In this document: piece after piece, positions 37,787 to 46,109 of the stretch | Position numbering within the stretch: the first letter of the stretch is position 1 | Layout: each line of letters begins with the position of its first letter | Source of the DNA: Oscillospiraceae bacterium | Lineage (GTDB): Bacteria > Bacillota > Clostridia > Oscillospirales > Oscillospiraceae | Direction of reading: 5' to 3' | Length of the DNA stretch: 64,000 nt | Assembly: GCA_017395085.1 (NCBI GenBank) | Contig: JAFPWF010000017.1 | Span: 1 to 64,000, forward strand | Notes under the pieces: model-generated | Database searches by the model: none | What the model saw: the letters and a program-made list of their open reading frames with translations, nothing else | Told to the model about the DNA's origin: nothing | Program-made: the position numbers and the translations under genes

Positions 37787-38902
37787 TTGATTTATGCTGA
37801 CAACGCGGCCACAACAAGAATGGATCTTGCCGCTTATCATGCTATGCAGTCCTGGCTTCAGGTAGAATACGGGAATGCATCGCAGCCGTATTCTTATGCC
37901 CGGAAACCGAAACAGGCGCTTGCAAATGCACGGGAGATCATAGCGGCTTGTATCAACGCTCAACCGGATGAGATATATTTCACTTCCGGTGGAACGGAAA
38001 GCGATAACTGGGTGATTAAAAGTTCGGCTTTCTCTGATCCGGATCATCGTGAGACAATAACGACAGCTTTCGAGCATCATGCTGTTTTGAATTCGTGCGC
38101 GGTGATTGAGCGGCTGGGGTATCCGGTTTCTTATCTTATGCCAGATGAAAGTGGCAAGGTGTTGCCGGAGGCTCTCAGGGCTAAAATCACAGACAGGACC
38201 AGACTTGTTTCCGTCATGTTCGCGAATAATGAGATCGGGAGCATTCAACCGATTCGCGAGTTGTGTTCCGTGGCGCATGAGCATGGCGCGTTGTTCCATA
38301 CCGATGCGGTGCAGGCTGTAGGGCATGTGAAGATTGATGTCAAAGAACTGGGAGTTGATTTTCTCTCTTCTTCCGCTCATAAATTCAATGGCCCGAAGGG
38401 AATAGGTTTTCTCTATATTCGCAACGGCGCTGATTTACTGCCCTACATGGACGGCGGTGCGCAGGAAAAGAAGCATCGTGCAGGGACAGAAAACATTGCT
38501 GCAATATCGGGTATGGCGGAAGCATTAAAGGGAAATTGTGAGTACATGGAGCAGAATGAGGAACACATACGCGGTCTGGAAACCATGATCCTTAATGCCC
38601 TCTCAGCTGCCGGCGTTCGGTTTCAACGCAACGGCGGGGATTATACTCTGCCGGGGTTGATGAGTTTGTCATTCCCCGGGTTTTCAGGTGAAGCGATTCT
38701 TCACAGGATGGATTTGATGGGGATTTGCATATCAACCGGGTCGGCTTGCGACAGTGTAAATACGGAGATTTCTCATGTACTGAGGGCCATTAATCTGGAA
38801 GACTCCCTGGCAACGGGGACAGTTCGAATCTCGCTGGGCAAGTTCAATACAGTTGAAGATGCTGCTAGGATTTCTGAGTCGCTGATCAGAATCGTAAAGT
38901 AA
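37787..38902 (+). CDS. cysteine desulfurase (class V aminotransferase, NifS/IscS/DndA-like)
   Basis: IYADNAATT..., FTSGGTESDN, PLP-lysine region SSAHKFNGPKGIGFLY, and active-site Cys region GSAC. 371 aa. Confidence 0.8.
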   Translation: MIYADNAATTRMDLAAYHAMQSWLQVEYGNASQPYSYARKPKQALANAREIIAACINAQPDEIYFTSGGTESDNWVIKSSAFSDPDHRETITTAFEHHAVLNSCAVIERLGYPVSYLMPDESGKVLPEALRAKITDRTRLVSVMFANNEIGSIQPIRELCSVAHEHGALFHTDAVQAVGHVKIDVKELGVDFLSSSAHKFNGPKGIGFLYIRNGADLLPYMDGGAQEKKHRAGTENIAAISGMAEALKGNCEYMEQNEEHIRGLETMILNALSAAGVRFQRNGGDYTLPGLMSLSFPGFSGEAILHRMDLMGICISTGSACDSVNTEISHVLRAINLEDSLATGTVRISLGKFNTVEDAARISESLIRIVK

Positions 38903-38924
38903 GTACCGGAAAGTTGGTTTTGCT

Positions 38925-40007
38925 ATGTCCATCATTTTTGAGGAAAGTTCTGAACCTGTAGTTTCCACTGCTTCTAAAGATAATTCCGGTAGAAGAAGTG
39001 CTTTTGCGCTTGATGCTATTCAAGGACAGTCTAAGGCAGTTGACTTATTGAAATCATACTGTCGTGAAGCAAAAGAAAAGAATATTCCTCTGGAGCATAT
39101 ATTGCTATCCGGTTCTAGCGGTTTAGGAAAAACAGTGCTTGCTGAAGCAATAGCAGGTGAGATGGATGCCGTTTTAAGAGAGTTTTCAGGCAGTTCCATC
39201 TCCTCCGATGCTGCTCTTGTTAAGGCATTGACCACTATCAATGAAGGCGATGTGCTGATAGTTAAAGATATCCACAAGTTGAATATCGTGAAAATGAAGT
39301 ATTTCAGCCAGCCTCTGAAGCGTTTCGAAATTGATTTGGATATTATGGATAGTACTATTCATCTTGAACTGCCACATTTCACGATGATTGCGACGACGAA
39401 TCAGCCTGATCTGCTCGCTGATGAAGTGAGAAATGCTTTTGATATCCAGCTTGAATTAGAGTCGAATGTGGTCGAAAACATTCACCTGAGGAAAGGCAAC
39501 AGGGTTTGTTTTAACTCGTTGCCTTTTGTCTCTCTATATATTGCAAATGTCATCGGTTATTATGATGCTCAAGGAAATGCTTTTTTTGTATCTGATCGGA
39601 ACATGGATGCAGATTTCAAAGACGATATAGTTTTGATCAAGAAATCTTCTGCTCTGGATAGTGTTTTTAAGAATGTTTCAGAGTTTACTATTTCGCCCTG
39701 CCTTTGCGTGGGAAGGAAGCGAGGCGTTTATTATGTACAACCTTCGGAGACGGTTGAGTTATTATTAGAAAGAGATGTTGAGAGAAAAGCGAAAAAAGTC
39801 AATGCCCCTTTTCTGCCGTCGCATCCCTTAACTGTGGAATGCAGAGTTGAAAAACAGGACCCATGGCTGTTGGAAGCCAGAATAATCAATGTATCTGCAG
39901 ATACTTCAATTCTTGATGACGAAGGGAACATTGATCCAACGGCGCTGTTTCATGAGTTGATGTATCTTCGAATGGGTGATTATCAAGAGAATGAAGCATT
40001 AGAGTAA
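38925..40007 (+). CDS. RuvB-like AAA+ ATPase paralog with a degenerate Walker B
   Basis: Collinear similarity to the RuvB N-domain: [23 protein letters not shown] ~ [33 protein letters not shown] aligns to RuvB VLFIDEIHRL, so D-E is replaced by K-D. The C-terminal 150 aa are unrelated. Confidence 0.6.
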   Translation: [360 protein letters not shown]

Positions 40008-41401
40008 TGATGAGGTTTAATGAGAAGTTAAAAGAGAATATATCCGAAATAGTTGTAACAGTCCGCAAAATAGAGAAGATCCTGACTGAGAAACAGGTAT
40101 TGCAGGAGTCTGTAATTAATCAGATCGCACACACATGCACGAGACTGGCGCTGCTGGCAATGGCAGCCTCAGATGAACTTGAGGTTGCAGGTGCTGTTGA
40201 AGACCGTCTGGTTCAAAGAGAGGTTGCGACTGCTCTATGGCAGATGGCACTCCATTTTATTGATATCCAGCAGGGCTGTAAGCTTGATGAGTTGCGTTAT
40301 CATTTCAAGCTGATAGGGAAACACAGTAACAGTGTTTTACAGCTGCTCGGTCTGCCTGAGCCGTTGTTTGTGGATAGTGGTGTTGTAGAGGGGAAGCCCT
40401 CTAATGATTCTGTGATTACCCGTGCGCAACCAATGGCATCTCCGCAAGATGATGGTAATGGTGTGTTTTCGGCCGGTTCTTCAATTGCTGTTCCCTTGAA
40501 TAATGTAAATGAAGAAGAGCGGCTGAGACGCGAAGTAAAGTCTTTGCGAGAGATCCTTTCTTCTTTGCTTCTGAAACGCGACCATCTTCTGCTGGTAGAA
40601 AGCAAGGAATTGGAAGCGTGGTATCTGAGGGAACTCGGCAATCTTGAGATTGAGGTCTTTTATGAAGAAAGCAATGCCAGATATTTGCAGCGGAAATATG
40701 AGCTTCTGGTGGCGGCGGTTAATCGCAGCGAGAAGATATCCAGGGAAGAGGTAGAGAACAAACTCAAGGAACAGGCAGAAACCTTCCGTAAAGCTTATGA
40801 GGAATATATGCGTCACGCGCAGGAGACCAACGATACGGTTCGGCAGCGTCGCGAAAACGTGAAAAATGCTGCCAATAAAAACGGACAGGAAGAAAAAAGG
40901 AATGAGGATGCTGTTGAGGCTGATGATGTAAGCAACGTCAAAGATCAAAGATCTGAGGAAGAGCCGCCAGAGGGAGAGAAGCGCCTGAAGCAACTCTACC
41001 GGAAACTCGTTAAGGCAATGCATCCGGACCTGCATCCCGATCAGGATGATAAAACGAAAGAACTGTTTAAGAGAGTGATTCATGCCTACGAGACGGGCGA
41101 TCTTCAGACGCTTGAAGAAATAGACAGCATAATCAACGGATTTGTTCCGGAAGAAAGCGGAAATCCATATGGTGCGCTTCTAGTAGAAAAGCAACGACTC
41201 CTGCAAATGATTCAGAGCATCCGTGCTCAGATTTTTATGATTCTTGGTCGTTTCCCCTTTACAAAACGAGAGCTGTTAAATGACCCCGCAAGATTGAAGT
41301 TAGAGCGTGAAAAACTGGAGGATCGTTTGATAAAGGCAAAAGAAAAGGCAAGAGCCTACAATGAGCGTATTATCGAGATTGAAAGGCAGCAAAATGGATG
41401 A
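40007..41401 (+). CDS. coiled-coil protein with a C-terminal J-domain (DnaJ-like)
   Basis: LYRKLVKAMHPDLHPDQ...ELFKRVIHAYE shows the helix II/III spacing with the HPD tripeptide. Long N-terminal coiled coil. The start overlaps the upstream stop (TAATG). Confidence 0.55.
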   Translation: MMRFNEKLKENISEIVVTVRKIEKILTEKQVLQESVINQIAHTCTRLALLAMAASDELEVAGAVEDRLVQREVATALWQMALHFIDIQQGCKLDELRYHFKLIGKHSNSVLQLLGLPEPLFVDSGVVEGKPSNDSVITRAQPMASPQDDGNGVFSAGSSIAVPLNNVNEEERLRREVKSLREILSSLLLKRDHLLLVESKELEAWYLRELGNLEIEVFYEESNARYLQRKYELLVAAVNRSEKISREEVENKLKEQAETFRKAYEEYMRHAQETNDTVRQRRENVKNAANKNGQEEKRNEDAVEADDVSNVKDQRSEEEPPEGEKRLKQLYRKLVKAMHPDLHPDQDDKTKELFKRVIHAYETGDLQTLEEIDSIINGFVPEESGNPYGALLVEKQRLLQMIQSIRAQIFMILGRFPFTKRELLNDPARLKLEREKLEDRLIKAKEKARAYNERIIEIERQQNG

Positions 41402-41843
41402 TTTAATTCTGAAACCTGCAGATGCCGAACTGGTTTCAATGCTCGACAGCTGGAAAGCTTTGAGCATGCCAATGCCTTATGAACGCGATATTTATCTTTT
41501 AGCTGTTCCGGTTGCAGGTACAAGTTATAAAGAGAATATCGGCGAGCTGGCAGAGCATCTGTCAGAAGGAGATCTGGTAACGCTGATCCGTGAGCCGGAG
41601 AATCCATACGATGAATTTGCCATCAGAATGGATGTGGATCTGGATGGCGTTCCGGGCATTGGTCCGGGTGAAGGGGATAAAAACAATCTGACTAGGAAGA
41701 TGGGTTATATTCCGCGGGCGACAAATAAAGTGTTTGCCCGCCTGATGGATGCTGGAAAACTGCTGTTTGGCGTGATTAGAAGTGTAGATATGATAACGGA
41801 TGATTATTACCGTATCATGGTAAAAATCTACATGCGTGATTAA
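41394..41843 (+). CDS. HIRAN-domain protein
   Basis: VAGTSY...GDLVTLIREPENPYDEFAIRMDV...GYIPRATNKVFARLMD matches the HIRAN consensus. ATGGATGA overlap with the upstream gene. Confidence 0.6.
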   Translation: MDDLILKPADAELVSMLDSWKALSMPMPYERDIYLLAVPVAGTSYKENIGELAEHLSEGDLVTLIREPENPYDEFAIRMDVDLDGVPGIGPGEGDKNNLTRKMGYIPRATNKVFARLMDAGKLLFGVIRSVDMITDDYYRIMVKIYMRD

Positions 41844-41877
41844 AGAACCGTTATCGTAAGTGCCGGGGGGTGCTTTT

Positions 41878-42801
41878 GTGGCGAAGGACAACAGACAGAA
41901 GATTAAGCTTTTGTATCTCATGGAGATGCTGCGGCAGGATACGGACGAGCAGCACCCGCTGACTACCAGTGAGATCTGCAGGCGGCTGGGGGTGAAGGGC
42001 ATCACCTGCGAGCGGCGCACCGTCGGCATGGATATGAAGGTGCTGAATGATTTCGGATACGAGGTCATGTCCTGCACGGTCGGGCATGAAAAGGCCTACT
42101 ATGTGGACGACCGCAGTTTTTCCGTACCGGAGATCAAGATTCTCATGGACGCGGTGCAGGCGGCAAAGTTCATCACGCCGGGAAAGAGTGATGCGCTGGT
42201 TTCAAAACTCGCCGCACTGGGCGGCAGCCATCAGGCGGAGATCCTGAAGAGCAACATCGTCTGTTTCAACACGCGCAAGCACACCAACGAGATGATTTTC
42301 TATAATGTTCAGGCGTTGGAGGATGCGATCCGGGAGCGGAAAAAGGCTTCGTTTCTGTACTTCGACCTGAATGAGAAGCGGGAGCGGGTATACCGCAGGG
42401 ACGGCGCGAGGTACGTGGTGGATCCCATGGCGCTCGTGTACGACGAGGACAATTATTATCTCCTGTGCTACAATCTGAAGCACGAAAACGTGACCACCTA
42501 CAGGGTAGATCGGATGGAACGGGTTTGCGTGGAAGAGGAGGATGTCTGCCCGCAGGCAATTGTGGAAAGGGACATCCACGGCTACACTTCGCAGGTCTTC
42601 AAGATGTTCAACGGCGAAGCGAAGGAGTTTACCATCGTGTTTGACGAGTCCCTGCTCGGAGCGGTTTATGACCGGTTTGGGGAAGAGGTCGAAGTCCGGC
42701 GGGTCGGGGAGAAGCTCTGCAGCATTACGGTCACCGTGCAGGACAGCCCGGTGTTCCGTGGCTGGCTTGCGCAGTTCGGCGATCTGGTTAACATCGCATA
42801 A
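41878..42801 (+). CDS. second WYL-domain transcriptional regulator (paralog of the gene at 22180; high-GC copy)
   Basis: N-terminus KIKLLYLMEMLRQDTDEQHPLTTSEICRRL parallels RILYILQILQEGSDQEHPVTIVEIITQL. About 300 aa. Confidence 0.6.
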   Translation: MAKDNRQKIKLLYLMEMLRQDTDEQHPLTTSEICRRLGVKGITCERRTVGMDMKVLNDFGYEVMSCTVGHEKAYYVDDRSFSVPEIKILMDAVQAAKFITPGKSDALVSKLAALGGSHQAEILKSNIVCFNTRKHTNEMIFYNVQALEDAIRERKKASFLYFDLNEKRERVYRRDGARYVVDPMALVYDEDNYYLLCYNLKHENVTTYRVDRMERVCVEEEDVCPQAIVERDIHGYTSQVFKMFNGEAKEFTIVFDESLLGAVYDRFGEEVEVRRVGEKLCSITVTVQDSPVFRGWLAQFGDLVNIA

Positions 42802-42836
42802 AAATCGACAGTTAAAGCGCGTCCCGTTTTTCCCTC

Positions 42837-42891
42837 TTGACGGGGAGACCGGGCGCGTTTATAATGCAGTCAAACAGAAATAATTATTTCT
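42837..42891 (+). promoter_or_regulatory. putative lexA promoter (TTGACG-N17-TATAAT) with a 16-bp perfect palindrome AGAAATAATTATTTCT just downstream
   Basis: -35 at 42837-42842, -10 at 42860-42865. Palindrome at 42876-42891, about 25 nt upstream of the lexA ATG. Confidence 0.35.
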
Positions 42892-42914
42892 TTTTGAGAA
42901 GCAGAGGTGTCTGT

Positions 42915-43517
42915 ATGCAGTACAAGAAGCCGGAGTATTTTGCCGGGATCGAGCGTTTCATCGATGAATACAAGGATATGAACGGGGGAGCCTCCCCGTC
43001 CATGAAGGTGATCGCCCGGGGCGTCGGCCTTTCGGAAGGCACCGTGTGCAAGTATCTCAAGGTGATGCGGGAGAAGGGGATTGTCGAGTGCGAGGGCCAC
43101 AGGCACATCACGACCCGCCGGTCGCGGGGTGACGCGCAGGGGTCCTTCCAGGCGCCCGTCGTCGGCACGATCGCCTGCGGGCTCCCGATTCTCGCGGAAG
43201 AGAACATCGAGGAGTATGTGCAGCTCCCCGTGTCGCTCTTCGGGAAAGGGGAGTTCTATGTTCTCCGGGCGAAGGGCGACTCGATGATCGACGCCGGCAT
43301 TGACGACAGGGACCTGGTTGTGGTAAGGCAGCAGAACACAGCGGACTATAATCAGATTGTGGTGGCGCTCATTGAGGACGAGGCCACCCTGAAGCGGTAC
43401 CGTCCTGAGGCGGACCGGGTCATCCTGCATGCGGAGAATCCGGAGTTTGAGGATATCATTGTGGATTCCTGTGCCATTCAGGGTGTGGCCGTCAAGGTGA
43501 TCAAGGATCTCACCTGA
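42915..43517 (+). CDS. lexA: LexA-family repressor (S24 peptidase)
   Basis: N-terminal wHTH. Ser-Lys dyad context (GDSMIDAGI...; ...EATLKRY) and a VVALIEDEATLKR-type C-terminal domain. Confidence 0.7.
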   Translation: MQYKKPEYFAGIERFIDEYKDMNGGASPSMKVIARGVGLSEGTVCKYLKVMREKGIVECEGHRHITTRRSRGDAQGSFQAPVVGTIACGLPILAEENIEEYVQLPVSLFGKGEFYVLRAKGDSMIDAGIDDRDLVVVRQQNTADYNQIVVALIEDEATLKRYRPEADRVILHAENPEFEDIIVDSCAIQGVAVKVIKDLT

Positions 43518-43540
43518 ATTGTTTCTTTTTACAATTGCCT

Positions 43541-43590
43541 CTTGACATCCGGCGATCTTTCTGTTATCTTATTACGCAGAACGGCGTAAT
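43541..43590 (+). promoter_or_regulatory. putative promoter/operator of the XRE-ImmA operon (TTGACA plus inverted repeat ATTACGC-N6-GCGTAAT)
   Basis: TTGACA at 43541. 7-bp inverted-repeat arms at 43569-43588. Confidence 0.3.
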
Positions 43591-43652
43591 ATGCGGATTT
43601 TGCGGAAGGAAGCCTGTTGCCGGCCTCGTGCGGGCCGTATGGAGGTATTTGT

Positions 43653-44051
43653 ATGAGAGAAGAGAATATGCGTTTTGGCCAGTTCATCCGCGCCAAACGC
43701 CTTGCCGACCGGCGGGAGCTGACACAGAAGGACGTCGCCGACCGGTTGGGGATCTCGCTGACCCTTCTCAGTGATATTGAGAAGAACCGCAGAAAGCCCT
43801 TTGACAGTGAGAAGATTGAAGCTTTCTGCGCTTTTCTGGAACTGTCAGACGCCGACCGCAGCCGCATGTACGACCTTGCCGCGCGGGAGACCGGTGAAGT
43901 TCCTTCGGATATTGACGACACCTTTATGTACTCCGATATCGGGGACATGGCGCGGCACGCCCTGCGCCTGTCAAATGCCGGTGTGATCGGGGAAGAGGAC
44001 TGGCGGGCCTTTATCCGCCAAATTGAGGAAAAACGGGGGAAACCGGATTGA
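43653..44051 (+). CDS. XRE-family HTH transcriptional regulator (ImmR-like)
   Basis: HTH_3 motif (LTQKDVADRLGISLTLLSDIEKNRRKP). Confidence 0.65.
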   Translation: MREENMRFGQFIRAKRLADRRELTQKDVADRLGISLTLLSDIEKNRRKPFDSEKIEAFCAFLELSDADRSRMYDLAARETGEVPSDIDDTFMYSDIGDMARHALRLSNAGVIGEEDWRAFIRQIEEKRGKPD

Positions 44052-44863
44052 TTCCTTTCCGCTGGCGCATACGGGATAAGACCCGCACGCCGATCATTCG
44101 CAATGAAGACATCTGGGAATATGCCGAGATGCTGGTCGGGGACTACCGGCCGTCCCTGCTGCGGGAGCCGGGCCCCATTCCCGTGGAGCATTTTCTGGAG
44201 AGCTATCTCGGCGCGTCTCTGGACTACCAGGATATTTACTTTGAACGGGGCGCGCAGCCCATTGCCGGCGCGACGGTTTTTAACGATGAGAGGATACGGG
44301 TGTTCGACCGCGAGGGCCAGTGTACACGGGTCATCGAAGTGTCGGCCAACACCATCATCATCGACAACTCAACTGTGGCAGCCGGAAACAGAGGGTTCGC
44401 GGCGTTTACCGGTTTGCACGAAGGCGGGCACTTTACCATGCATCCCGAAGTGTATCAGCTGAACCCGAATCAGTTCTGTCTATTTGAACCGCAGAAAGAC
44501 GGATCGGGCGCGGTCTGCTGCCGCAGGAGTTCTCTGAGCAAACGCTGGTGCGGCAAACTGACCCCCGAGCAGTACCGGGAGCACCAGGCGAACACCTTCG
44601 CCGCATTCACCGCCATGCCCAGGCAGACCTTTATCCCGCTCGCCGGGGAGCTCATCCGGAAGGCCGGATACAGGGACGGCATCTTCGTGGATGTGGAGAC
44701 AGACTGGGAGTGCGAGTCTTATCTGGAGAAGATCTGCAATGAGCTTGCCGGAGTCTACGGCATGTCCTTCACCGCGGTGAAGATTCACCTCCGGGAATTG
44801 GGCCTGCTGATGAATCTCCCTCAGTATCTGGATTATAAGGACCAGCTTGCGGTATCATTCTGA
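44048..44863 (+). CDS. ImmA/IrrE-family zinc metallopeptidase
   Basis: HEGGH zinc-binding motif (FTGLHEGGHFTMHPE). Overlaps the upstream XRE gene in the classical ImmR/ImmA arrangement. Confidence 0.65.
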   Translation: MIPFRWRIRDKTRTPIIRNEDIWEYAEMLVGDYRPSLLREPGPIPVEHFLESYLGASLDYQDIYFERGAQPIAGATVFNDERIRVFDREGQCTRVIEVSANTIIIDNSTVAAGNRGFAAFTGLHEGGHFTMHPEVYQLNPNQFCLFEPQKDGSGAVCCRRSSLSKRWCGKLTPEQYREHQANTFAAFTAMPRQTFIPLAGELIRKAGYRDGIFVDVETDWECESYLEKICNELAGVYGMSFTAVKIHLRELGLLMNLPQYLDYKDQLAVSF

Positions 44864-44971
44864 TTTGGTATTCACCGGCGGCCTGCCCGGCTACAGGTGC
44901 GGACCGCCGTATTTTTATCATGTGAAATTACGCAATTTTGCGGAATTTGCGGAAACAAGGAGGACTGTTGT

Positions 44972-45154
44972 ATGAATGAGATGAAGTACCACCTGAAGTG
45001 TCCCTGCTGCAGGAAAGGGGAGACGCTGTCGGACGGGAGGGCAAAAGTCACCCTCTCGGTCCGCTGCGAAAAGTGCCACCAGTTTTATCTGGCGGATCTG
45101 GACAGTTTAATCACCAGGCGCGCCCTGCCGCAGCGCAGGCGGGGACGTCCGTAA
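44972..45154 (+). CDS. small zinc-ribbon protein
   Basis: 60 aa (KCPCCRKG...CEKCHQ). AAGGAGG RBS. Confidence 0.35.
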   Translation: MNEMKYHLKCPCCRKGETLSDGRAKVTLSVRCEKCHQFYLADLDSLITRRALPQRRRGRP

Positions 45155-45195
45155 CCACTGCTGACTGACCACCGGGGCTGTGTACAGCCACCACT

Positions 45196-45250
45196 AAGGC
45201 CGGAGCAATGCGGGTATGAACCATACCTGCACTGTTCCGGCCTTTTCCTT
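45196..45250 (+). terminator. intrinsic terminator (ggccgga...tccggcc + TTTTCCTTTT)
   Basis: Long hairpin with 7-bp GC-rich outer stem followed by a T-rich tract. Confidence 0.4.
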
Positions 45251-45459
45251 TTGCATCACCCGGCGATAACGGCCGGTTGATCATAATCTTCGGTTGCTGC
45301 GGCAGGCCGCTCCTGCCGACCCTACGGTTCCCGAAGATGACAAATTCATAAGACGGCAGCGCTTAGGGTGCGCTGACCAACACCGAGACGGAGGGATCTC
45401 GATGGTCAGCTGCGCCCTTTTTCGTTGGGGTTCCTCCGAACATTTTTGGAGGGATTTCA

Positions 45460-46050
45460 ATGAATTATCAGGAGATTATTGCAAAAGTCGGCATTTCCTT
45501 GGCTCCCATGGAAATTGAAAGCGTCGAAGATATGGAGTTCATGCCGATTGACCAGGGCTTTGTGACCAGGATTCTGGTTGGCAAACGATGGGTGAAGGTC
45601 TTGCTGGTTGAGGCTGAACCCGAGGTCTGCAGCCTGATGCTGGCGGATCTGAAGAAAAAGTACAACAGTTTTTATCGGCAGCATCGCTGCCTGGTGCCCG
45701 GGGTTCGCAAGGACTGGATTCGTTGCCCGGAAACCAATCACTGCGCTTCCTGTCCATACGGCAGGGAACCGGAGCAGTACGACCCGGGACTCGTAAGTCT
45801 TGAGGGAATGTTCGAAGCGGAGGAGGACGTCCCGGATCCGGGGTTTTCCGTGGAAAGGATCATGGAATGGAGGGAGATGTTCAACGCGCTGGAAGAAGTG
45901 AGCCCTGAGGCAGTTCGGGCGATAAAGCTGAAGATAGCCGGCTTCACCCTTCGTGAGATTGCGGACAGCATGGGCAAATCGGTTGCGGCAGTTAACCGCC
46001 TGATTGAGAAGGCACGGGCGTTTTTCGAGGATTATCTGGCGCAAAAATGA
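45460..46050 (+). CDS. sigma-70 region-4-type HTH protein (ECF/phage sigma-like)
   Basis: C-terminal IKLKIAGFTLREIADSMGKSVAAVNRLIEKARAFF matches the sigma region 4.2 HTH. Confidence 0.45.
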   Translation: MNYQEIIAKVGISLAPMEIESVEDMEFMPIDQGFVTRILVGKRWVKVLLVEAEPEVCSLMLADLKKKYNSFYRQHRCLVPGVRKDWIRCPETNHCASCPYGREPEQYDPGLVSLEGMFEAEEDVPDPGFSVERIMEWREMFNALEEVSPEAVRAIKLKIAGFTLREIADSMGKSVAAVNRLIEKARAFFEDYLAQK

Positions 46051-46109
46051 AAGGTCAGCAATAACAAAAGGAGGAGCCGGCGCAGGGCTCCTCCCTTCCT
46101 TTATGGTAT

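Noticed and set aside
42837-43517. Interpreting lexA as the host chromosomal SOS repressor marking the end of the mobile region
   Set aside because: It is embedded in high-GC phage-like context (WYL regulator upstream, ImmR/ImmA downstream), so a phage-borne LexA-like repressor is at least as likely. Left unresolved.
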